DNA of 64,000 bases. Origin: Chiloscyllium plagiosum (lineage: Eukaryota). How positions within the stretch are numbered: the first letter of the stretch is position 1; each line of letters begins with the position of its first letter. A program made the translations under genes and the position numbers. This document shows positions 12,281-22,520 of the stretch, piece after piece. The DNA lies in contig NC_057718.1 in NCBI RefSeq assembly GCF_004010195.1, forward strand, positions 21,488,735 to 21,552,734. The letters are read 5' to 3'. Below the pieces are notes generated by a model. That model saw only the letters and a program-made list of their open reading frames with translations, searched no databases and was not told the DNA's origin.

Positions 12281-12748
12281 CTGAAAAAGAAAGACATTTA
12301 GCGAACTGGGAGGATAAGAAAGATGTGATCTGATGAATAGGCATGGACCTAAAATGTTGACTCTGTTCCTCGCTCTGCTAAAGATGCTTGGTCTGCTGTG
12401 TATTGCCAACATTTTTACATAAAAAGATGTCACAGAATCACGGAATAGCTACAGTACTGTAGGGGTACATTTGGCCTATGCCGTATTACCAAAAAAGTAT
12501 TGCAACTAATGCCACTCCCCATACTACTTCCTGTAGTCATAGAGATGTACACCACAGAAACAACTTGCCCATGCTGACCAGATATCCTAAATTAATCTTG
12601 TCCCATTTGCCAGCATCTGGCCCATATTCCTCTAAACCTTTCCTATTCATTTACCAATCCAGATACCTTTTAAATGTCCTAATTGTACCAGGCTTCACCA
12701 CATCCTCTCGCAGCTCATTCCATACACGCATCACCGTCTGCATGAAAA

Positions 12749-13046
12749 GGGCAGCACAGCGGCTCAGTGGTTAGCACTGCTGTCTCACAGCACCAAGGAC
12801 CCGGGTTTGATTCCCACCTCAGGTGACTGTGTGGAGTTTGCACATTCTTGTGTCTGCGTGGGTTCCCTCCGGGTGCTCCGGTTTCCTACCACAATCTAAA
12901 GATGTGCTGATCAGGCGAAATTATCATGCTAAATTGTCCATAGTGTTAGGTGCATTAGTCAGGGGTAAATGTAGGAGAATTGGTCTGGGTGGGTTACTTT
13001 TCAGAGGGTCGGTGTAGCCTGTTTCCACACTGTAGAGTATCTAATC
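12749..13046 (+). mobile_element. HE1-type V-SINE nested in a minus-strand CR1 3' fragment (about 12536-13468)
   Basis: Same head, V-domain and tail as 11723-12015. Confidence 0.88.
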
Positions 13047-13124
13047 CAAATCTTTCCCTCTCCTCAAACCTATGCGCTCTAGTTTTGGACTGGCCCACTC
13101 CCGGGAAAAGACCTTATTTATTCA

Positions 13125-13316
13125 AATGGAGGTAGGTACTGCAGATGCTGGAGATCAGAGTCAAGATTATAGTGGTGCTGGAAAAGCACAGCAGGTTAGG
13201 CAGCATCCGAGGAGCTGGGAAAATCGACGTTTCGGGCAAAAGCTCTTCATCACCATTCCTGATTTTCCTGCCCCTCGGATGCTGCCTGACCTGCTGTGCT
13301 TTTGCAGCACTACTCT
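13125..13316. mobile_element. About 190-bp foldback Penelope-derived element (family A) inserted in CR1
   Basis: Inverted arms (gtgctggaaaagcacagcagg... / ...cctgctgtgcttttgcagcac); 15-bp TSD with 2 mismatches, GACCTTATTTATTCA (13110-13124) / GACCTTGTCTATTCA (13317-13331). Confidence 0.75.
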
Positions 13317-13479
13317 GACCTTGTCTATTCATCATATCCATGCTCCTCATGGTTTTTATGAACCTCTGTTGGGTCACCCCTCAGCCTCCAATGCTCCAGA
13401 GAAAATAACTCCAGTCTACTCAGCCTCTCCCTTTACTTCAAACCCACCAACCCTGGCAACATCCTCCTGCACATTCTTG

Positions 13480-14460
13480 TTCAGATAGTACTTCAATTCT
13501 CTTGAATGCCCCATTTGAACTTGCCTCCAAAATACTCTTAGGCTGTGCATTCATGATCCTAACTATTTGCAGCATGAGAGTTTTTTGTCATTTCATCACT
13601 GCTTTTGATAATTACCTTAAAATCCATGCTCTCTTATTCTGAAACCTTCCATTAACAGGAATAGTTTGCCCCTACGTATTCAGAGCAGACCTTCAGGATT
13701 CTGAATACACCTATTAAAGCTCCTCTCAAACTTCTCCAAAGGAAGAAAAGAAACAGACCCAACATCTCTAATTACTTCACCTAACTCAAATTCTTCATCC
13801 CTGAAACCACTTTTGAACTGCTGCTGCACTCTCTCTAACGTCTTCACATCCTTCCTAAAGTGTGGCAACCAGGCGAGGACATAATATTCCAGCTGAGGCT
13901 GAAGCAATGTTCTATTTAGGTTTAACATAACATCCTTACTTTCATTCTCTATGCCCTTACTAAAAGCGCCCTGGATACTGTACAATTTATTAACTGTACT
14001 CTCATCCTGCTCTGTCGCCAATCATTTATAAATGAATACACCTAGATGCCTCTGCCTCTGCACCCACTTTAGAAATGTAGTCTTTGTTTTACAAGACCTC
14101 TGCTTTTTCTTCTGACCAAATTCTGATCATTCTATATTAAACTTGTCACTTAAACTTCCATTCCACCCATCTGTTTATGACATTTCCACATTATCCTCCT
14201 CATGGTTCAAAATACTTTCAAGTGGTCTAATCCACAAATTCTAGAATTGTGCACAGTACACCAACATCTAGGATATTAATATTAGCAGACATCTGTACAC
14301 CAACTAATGGAGAGTCTCAAGTCTGGAAAATGTCTAATATCCACTACTTTAAGTTAACCATATTATTACAGTTCATTTTAATCACCAAACTCTAGATATG
14401 CACACCAGTCCTATTTAGCAGCATCTCATCAAATGCCTTTTGGAAGTCCACATACAATAC
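13480..14460 (-). mobile_element. Old CR1 fragment
   Basis: RTLLQPQLEYYVLAWLPHFRKDVKTLERVQ peptide. Confidence 0.7.
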
Positions 14461-15816
14461 ATTGTTTTTAATGTTCAACCAAGGGATTTTAGGAGTCACT
14501 GACTGGGCCAGCATGTATTGCCTTCTTTACCAGCCATGGCTAAGTTACGTTCCTTCACTGCTGAAAGCCTGTAGGAGAAGGAACACCCACAATGTTGTCA
14601 GAAAGGGCATGCAAGGATTTTGACCTAGCAATATTGAAGAAATATGATACATTTCCAAGTCAGGATGATTTGTCACTTGGAAACTGTACTTGCAGGTGGT
14701 AGTGTTGCTGAGTATCTTCTGCCTTGTCATTCTAGGTGGTAGAGATTGAGGGTTTCAAAAGTTGCTGTCATTGGAGCTTTGCTGAGTTGCTGTAGTGCAC
14801 ACTGTATATACAAACTGCTGTCACAGTGTGTCGGTCGTAAAGGGAGTGGATGTTCAAGGTCATAATTGGATGCAATCAAGTCAACTACTTCGTATTGGAT
14901 GGTGTCAAGCGTCTTGAGTGTTGTTGGAGCTGCACCCATCCAGACAAAGGGATACTATTTCAATCTGCTCCTCATGTTTTGTAGATGATCCAGACCCTTT
15001 AGGTAGAAGGAATTACTTGTTGCAGAATTCCTACGTTATGACCCATTCTGGTCACCAGAGTGTGTGTGTACCTGGTCAAATTTCGTTTGGTTTCTGGACA
15101 ATATTAACCCCCAGAATGCTGAAAATGCAGGATTGAGTGATGACAATACCACTGAATATCAAGAGGTGATGGTTAGGTTCTCCCTTGGAGATGACTATTG
15201 GCAACATACAAATACTGGGTAATATTGAAATTGTACTGAAACAATTTGGCTAGGGTCACAGCTAGTTCGGAAGCACAACTCTTTCTTCAACACTGTTAAT
15301 CGAATGCTGACAGGGCCAATAGTCTTTTGCCATTTTTGGATATCATGTGAGTAAAGCCAAATCATTTGAAAACTGTATCTGTGATGCTGTGGACCTCAGG
15401 AGTAGGTCAAGGCAGATCATCGACTTGACATATCTGTGTTCAGTTTTACAGTTTGTACTAATGTGCAGCTTTCATCAATTACCCTCTGTTCATCATGGGG
15501 TCAGAAGTGGGATGTTCATAAATGATTGCAGAATGTTCAGATGCATTCATGACTCATGAGATATTGAAACAGTACATGTCTCCAAATATAGCAAGGCCTA
15601 GAAACATCCAGGTTCAGGCTGAAAGGTTGCAAGTCATATTCACACCACGCAAGCGCAAGGCAATGATCGACTCTAACAAGTGAGAATCAAACAATCGCCC
15701 CTTGATATTACCATAGCTGAAACCCCACTGACAACATTAGCCAGAAACTGAACTGGAAACACCCAGTTAATACAATGGTGACAAGAGAAAAGTCAGAGGC
15801 TAGGATTCCTGCAGCA

Positions 15817-16103
15817 AGGCACGGTGGCTCAGTGGTTAGCACTACTGCCTCACAGCACCAGGGTCCCAGGTTTGATTCCAGCCTCCAACGATTGTCAATG
15901 TGGAGTTTGCACATTCTCCCCCTGTCTGCATGGATTCCCTCCGGGTGTTCTGGTTTCCTCCCGCAGGCCAGGTGAATTGGCTGTGCTAAATTGGCCATAG
16001 TGTTAGATGCATTAGTCAGAGGGATCTGGGTTACTCTTCGGACAGTCGTTGTGGACTGGTTGGGCGGAAGGGCCTGTTTCCACACTATAAAGAATCTAAT
16101 CTA
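15817..16103 (+). mobile_element. HE1-type V-SINE
   Basis: ggcacggtggctcagtggttagcact head, V-domain, aatctaatctaa tail. Confidence 0.88.
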
Positions 16104-16139
16104 AAGTAACTCATTTCCTTACTTCTCAAAACCTGTCAT

Positions 16140-18450
16140 TGTCATAGAGGTCTACAGCATGAAAACAAGCTCTAACATGCCCAGGCCATCCATTTTTTAC
16201 AATTCAAACTAGTCCCATTTGATCCATATCCCTTCTTACCAATCCCATCCATGCACCTGTCAAAATGTTTCTTTAATGACAAAATTTGTACTTGCTTCCA
16301 CCTCTACCTCCAGCAACCCATTCAGACTCTGACCACCCTGTGTGTGAAACGTTTGCCCCTCTGGACCCTTTTGTATCTCTCAGCTTAAACGTATGCATTC
16401 TAGTTTTAAATTCTCCTACCATGAGGAAAAGCTGTCTTCTATCTATTTATCTTATATATGCCTCTCATGATTCTATATACCTCTATAAGGTCACCCTTCA
16501 GTCTCCTACGCTCCAGGGAACAAAGTCCCAGCCTGTCCAACCTCTCCTTATAACTCAAACCTTCAAGTCCAGTTAAGCTCCTAGTAAATCTTGTTTGCCC
16601 TCTTTCTAGTTTAATAATATCCTTAGTAGGGCAATCAAAACTGCACACAGTACTCCAAATGTGGCCTCAAAATGCCTTGTACAGCTGCAACAAGTTGTCC
16701 CACCTCCTGTACTCAATGCTCTGACCAATGAAAGCTCACATGCCAAAAGCCTTCTTTACGTCCTGTCTACTTGTGACTCCATTTTCAAGGAGCTATGAAC
16801 CTGTACCTTTAGATTTCCCTGTTCTATAACACTTGCCAGGGCCCTGCTATTGACAGTGTATGTCCTACCCTGGTTTGCTTTACCAAAATGCAACACTTTG
16901 CATTTATCCCAATTAAACGCCATCTGCCATTCCTTCACCCACTGGCCAGGTGATCAAGATCTCACTGCATTTCCAGATAACCTTCTTCACTGTTCTCCAC
17001 CTACAAGGCACAAGTGATACTCTTTACTTGCCGTTTGATCACACCTTCAACAACAATAAGAACAAAAGTGAAGTACAGCACAGGTACAGGGCCCTTTGGC
17101 CCTCCAAGCCTGTGTCGATCATCTTGCCCTAACTAAATTAAAAGATAAACATTCTACCCTAATTTGGTCTGTATCCCTCTATTCCCTCCCTATTCATGTA
17201 ACCATCCAGATGCCTCTTAAACGTCTGCTTCCATCATCTTTTATGGCAGGGCATTCCACGCTCCCACCACTCTGCAAGAAAAACTTCCCTCGCACATCTC
17301 CCTTAAACCTTCCCTCTCTCACCTTGAACTTGTGCCCCCTTGTAATTGCAACTTAAACCCTGGGAAAAAGCCTCTGACTATCCACCCTATCTATGCCTCT
17401 CATAATTTTGTAGATCTCTGTTGGGTTTCCTTTCAGCCAGTCTTTCCAGTGAAAACAATCCTAGTCTTTTTCACCTTTCCTCAGAGGCAGTGCCCTCAAG
17501 ATCAGGCAACATCCTGGTGAACCTTCTCTGTATTCTCTCCAAAGATTCCATGTCCTTCTGGTAATGTAGTGACCAAAACTCTACACAATACTCGAAATGC
17601 GGCCTAACAAGGGTTTTATGTAGCCGCATCATGGTTTGCCAATTCTTGTTCTCCATGCCTCGGCTGATGAAGGCAAGTATGCCATATGCCTTCTTAATCA
17701 CCTTGGCCACCTGTGTTGCCACTTTTAGGGAACTGTGGACCAGCATGCTCAGATCTGTCTGTATGATAATGTTTCTCAGGGTTCTGCCATTTACAGTATA
17801 ATTAAAACCTAAATTTGATCTCAAATGATCACCCCGCATTTGTCTGTATTAAACTTCATCTGCCATTTCTGTGCCCAAGTCACCAATCTATATCCTGTTG
17901 TATCCTTTCACAATCGTTAGTACTATCAACAACTCCTCCAATCTTCGTGTCATCTGCAAACTTACTAATCAGACCACCACATTCTCCTCCAATTCATATA
18001 TATACACACACACACACACACACAAAACAAAGAGGATCCAAGACCAATCCCTGTGGAACACCACTGGTTACCCATTTCCATTCTGAAAAACACCCTTTCA
18101 CAGCCACCTGTCTTCTATGACCAAGTCAGTTTGTATCCATCTAGCCAGCCCTTCCCAAATCCCATGTGATTTTAGATTTTGTACCAAACTACCATGTGAG
18201 GCTTTATCAAATGCCTTACTAAAGTCCATATAAATTACATCCACGGTCCTTCCTTCATCAATTACTTTTGTCACCTCTTCAAAAAATGCAATCAGTTTAG
18301 AGACATATGGCCTTTCTCATACAAAATCATGCTGTCTGTCACTAACTAGTCCATTATCATCCAAATGTGCATAGATCTTGTGCCTTCGTATCTCTTCCAA
18401 GAGGTTCTCCACCACAGACATCAAGTTCACCTGCCGATAACTTCCTAGAT
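16140..18450 (-). mobile_element. Two adjacent CR1 RT/3' fragments
   Basis: LEGLSYKERLDRLGLCSLERRRLKGDLIEVY; WQMAFNWDKCKVLHFG; LVRPHFEYCVEFWSLHYQKD. Confidence 0.85.
17996..18023. repeat. (TA)n(CA)n microsatellite
   Basis: atatatatacacacacacacacacacaca. Confidence 0.9.
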
Positions 18451-19378
18451 TATCGCTGAAGCTCAGCACCATCCAGGGCAACAGAGCACATTGGCATCAC
18501 ATGATTGACACCACAACTGATAATATTATAGAAATAGTGTGTATCATATAAATGATGTACTGCAGAAATTCTGCAATGCTCCTTCGACAGCACCTTCCAA
18601 CCATGGCCACTGCCATCAAGAAGGGCAAGTGCATTGGATACCACAACCTTCAAGCTATTCCCAAGCTAGACTTGGATTCTGACCACTTTTCTTTCACTAT
18701 GGACAAGTCAAAATCTTAGAATTCCCTCCATAGCAGCACGGTGGGTGTACATATATCTAATCTACTGCAGAGGTTCAATATGTCACTTCTGGTGTCAACG
18801 ATACGAAGAATATGTCCCAACCAAAAGACCTCATTTTGAATGAGCAGTGCCTCAAGTTGCTTTCAGGAGGACACTGTTGTTGGACTATGAGGTTTGGAGG
18901 ATCTTGCAAAGGCACTGTTGATTAGACATTTTCAATGTTTTGCCATCTCCCAAGCTTGGGCTCAACCAGGATACTCCATGAGTCTTCACAGCAGGCAAAC
19001 ATTCACAGTTGGGCTTTCCTATGTGTTGGAGTACAGCAAAAGAGTTTTGTTTACAATAGTGAAAGGGATACAGTAGCAGAGGCATAACAGCAAGATCATA
19101 GATAAGCTGTATCTTAACTCCATCTGTTAACTTGGTACCCAATTCTTATTAAGCAGCCTTATCTAAAGTAGCGATTCAATTTCAGTTTTTGATTTCTCAA
19201 TTGACCTAGTCTGGGGAGGATAGTGAAGTAACAGCAATACAATCTTTACCAGTCTGTACTAAAACTATTAGACTGCATTTACTGTTCTCGAGAACTAGAG
19301 ACATTGATGGTTAAGCTGACATAAAAGCAGTTCTTCAGAAAGACAGTTGGTCTGAGGGTGGGGACTCTCTTCGTGTAC

Positions 19379-19510
19379 CTGTTGTAAGTTGACAACCACT
19401 GCCTTTAACCTCTGCACTTCCTGCTCCTTCTTGAATAATTCATCTCTCAGCCTCTCCACCTCCTTCTCCTTCTTCTTAAACATTTCATCCCTCAGCCTCT
19501 CCACTTCCAT
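19379..19510 (-). CDS. MOCS3: MOCS3/UBA4 coding exon 1 (N-terminal coiled coil), MEVERLRDEMFKKKEKEVERLRDELFKKEQEVQRLKAVVVNLQQ
   Basis: ATG in strong Kozak context (ttgAacATGG); 132 nt (44 codons) ending at CAG|GTACAC, phase 0, in frame with exon 2. Charged heptad pattern resembles the MOCS3 N-terminus (human [21 protein letters not shown]). CpG-richer promoter-like sequence lies immediately upstream. Confidence 0.8.
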
Positions 19511-19745
19511 GTTCAAGCTGAAAAACAGTCCCTTAAATCGTGCTTCTCCACGTGCACTCCCGCTTCAATGTTGAATTCAGCCGGAGGACCAGAAACAATG
19601 CAACACACGGAAAGCTGCGCCCTTAACATGGCCGTGCCCTTCCTATACTAAGATGGTCGTCAACGCTGCCTCCTTTCGCCCTTCCTTTACAAAGATGGTC
19701 ATCCACTCTGCCTCTTAACTTATGCAGGTCACCACCGCTGCAGTT
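19511..19745 (-). promoter_or_regulatory. Probable MOCS3 5'UTR/proximal promoter
   Basis: Local CpG enrichment in an otherwise CpG-poor window; E-box CACGTG at 19549-19554; ETS-like CCGGA/CGGAA; YY1-like AACATGGC and AAGATGG motifs, the latter in a 42-bp duplicated unit (19637-19672 / 19679-19714). Based on motifs only. Confidence 0.45.
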
Positions 19746-20528
19746 TCTGAGCAATATGTCCGACATTCTCCAATATGTCCTTACAGAAGGATTTTCTCTC
19801 TAATTTTTTTGAATTCCCCACTTTGTTCTTATTTTTGATCACTGATTTCAAAGCTGTTCGGCATCGATGGTTTTCAAAGGCTCAAATATTTGGAATTCTT
19901 TCTGTTTATTTTAATCCGTTCAGACGTGTCACGACAAACCCCTGGGTCTTCGGCTCAGAGGCAGGGACACTAGCACCGCCTCACAAGAGATTTTAATATT
20001 TAAAAAAATTTACATTTATGAATCTTCTTAATCAACCTGTTCAGGCAGGTTACGACACACTTGGAGTGGGTGGGACTTGAACCCAAGACTTCTAACCCAG
20101 AGACAAAGATGGTACCGCTGCACACAGGACTCGCAAATTCGAATAGAACCAGGGACCTCAATTCACTCAACTGAGCCGATTCCTGTTGAAGGGCTTTTGC
20201 CTGAAACGTTGATTCTCCTGTTCCTCAGATGCTGCCAGACCTGCTGTGCTCTTGAGCTACTTCAATTGTGCACTTCCCCACTTTTTCTTATTACTATGGA
20301 ATCCCCATGTTCTTTTACTATATCCAAAGTGCCCTTTTTTGTTTCACCCATCACAAAATCACCCGTCATACCTTTTTCATCTATTAACAACATTCAGTAA
20401 ATCACCCATGGTTCCTAATGAAAAATTTACATGCAAAGCCGATTATGGACCTCACAGTTCTTCTCTTGGCGAGTACAGTATCAGTTTGGTGCTGCAAAAG
20501 CACAGCAGGTCAGGCAGCAAAGCAGGAG

Positions 20529-20564
20529 ATTGGACGTTTCGGGCAAAAGCCCTTCATCAGAAAT
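20529..20564 (-). ncRNA. Minimal hammerhead motif (family A) in a short foldback element (about 20487-20651)
   Basis: CUGAUGA-A-GGGC-UUUU-GCCC-GAAACGUC; core intact, stem I poor. Confidence 0.6.
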
Positions 20565-20989
20565 TCTGCTCCTCGGATGCTGCCTGATCTGCTGTGCTTT
20601 TCCAGCACCACATTCTCGACTCTAATCTCCAGTGTCTGCGGTCCTCACTTTCGCAGAGTTCATCAATGGTCTAATGTGAAATAATTATATGCTGCCTACC
20701 ATTTCAATTCAATAGATACCTCAAATTTCGAGTGTTGAAATAAGTGAACTGGCTTTTTAAAAATAAAATACTGCAAATGCTGAAAATCTGAAATAAAAAC
20801 AGAAAATGCTGGAGAAATTCAGCAGGTTGATAAGCATCTATCATTTTGTAACCTGAAGCTCAGATGCATCACAAGTAGACATTTCTAAGAATACAACAGA
20901 GTATGATTTTTTTTTGAAATTGTGGATCAGGAAAGCAATCCTGGAGGAATGGGCACTAAAAATTATTTTTCAATTTGGACATTTTTTTT

Positions 20990-22520
20990 AAATGCAGAAG
21001 ACACGTGATTATACAAGAGGCTATTCAATAACTTCAGAGTCCATGGTATTGGAGCAGTATATTAAAGGTTTGGCTAACTAATAGACAGAAAGTTGGATTG
21101 GGGGAAGGGATTTTCAGGATGGCAACCTGTAACTAATGGTGAACCACAGGTATTAGTGCTGCGGATACTATTATTTACAATATATATTAATAATTTGGAT
21201 GAAGAAAGTGAATGTACTATAGCCAAGTGTAATGATGACACAAAAATAAGAGGAAAGACATGTGGTGAGGATTAAACAAAGAGTCAGCAGAGGGATATAG
21301 ACAAGTTCAATTAGTAAACAAAACCTTAAAAATCACACAACACCAGGTTATAGTCCAACAGGTTTAATTGGAAGCACACTAGCTTTCGGTGCACTGCTCC
21401 TTCATCAGGTGACAATCACCTGATGGAGTAGTGGTGCTCCGAAAGTTAGTGTGCTTCCAATTAAACCTGTTGGACTATAACCTGGTGTTGTGTGATTTTT
21501 AACTTTGTACACCCCAGTCCAACACCGGCATCTCCAAATCATAAACAAAAACTTGGCAGATGGAATGTAATGTAGGGAAATGTGAGGTTAAGGTGTCCTG
21601 GCAATTGAAGACGTCAAAAAAGACAGTTATAGAGTCATAGAAATATACAGCACAGAAGTAGACCTTTCAGTCCAACTCATCCATGCGACCAGATAATCAG
21701 GGAATATTAACTAGTCTGATAATAGGTATGGAGGGGCTGCTTTAGGAGGAGAGGTCAAGTAGATTAGGCATGAAATATGAAAGAATGTGATACAACCTTA
21801 CTGAAACACACAAGGTTCTGGATCTCAGAATAAGAGGTTATAAATTTAAGACCAAGGACAAACTTCTTCTCTCATCGGGTTGTAAATCTGAGGAATTCTT
21901 TACCACTGCAGACTGTTTAGGTTGGTGTAGATAGATTTTTCATCAGGAAGGGAATCAATGGCTATAGGGAAAAGGCAAGTAAGCGGAGATGAGGATTAAA
22001 AGATCAGCCAAAGCATACCAAACACCTTCCTCACTAATCTGTCTACCTGCGACTCCACATTCAAAGAACTATGAACTTGTACCCCAAGGTCTCTTTGTTC
22101 AGCAACACTCCTCAGGACCTTACCATTAAATGTATAAGCCCCGCCCTGATTTGCCTGACCAAAATGCAACACACCACATTTATGTAAATTAAACTCCATC
22201 TGCTACTCCTCAGCCCATTTCCATCTGATCAAGGTCCCATTGTACTCTGAGGTAACCTTGGCTCTCCACTACACCACTTATTTTGGTGTCATCTGAAACC
22301 TACTAACCATAGTGATTTGCAAATCATTTATATAAACATCAAAAAGTTTGACCAATCCTTGCAGCACGCCACTGGTCATAGGCCACCAGTCCAAAATGCA
22401 ACCCTCCACCACTATCCTCTGTCTCTTACCGTTGAGCCAATTTTTTCATCCAAATGGCTAGTTCTCCCTGTATTCCATGTGATCTAACCTTGTTAACCAG
22501 TCTACCATATGGAACATTGT
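20990..22520. mobile_element. Mosaic of CR1 fragments in both orientations
   Basis: FSGWQPVTNGEPQ...AKCNDDTK on +; MEFNLHKCGVLHFG on -. Confidence 0.75.
21326..21541. mobile_element. Palindromic family-B element (87-bp inverted arms, 3-nt loop) inserted in a CR1 RT fragment
   Basis: Arms at 21326-21412 and 21416-21502; imperfect TSD of about 11 bp, TAAACAAAACC / TAAACAAAAAC. Confidence 0.8.

Noticed and set aside
21326..21502. CRISPR array or miRNA gene
   Set aside because: A single long inverted repeat from a dispersed family with a TSD in a eukaryotic genome; no repeat-spacer periodicity and no miRNA evidence.
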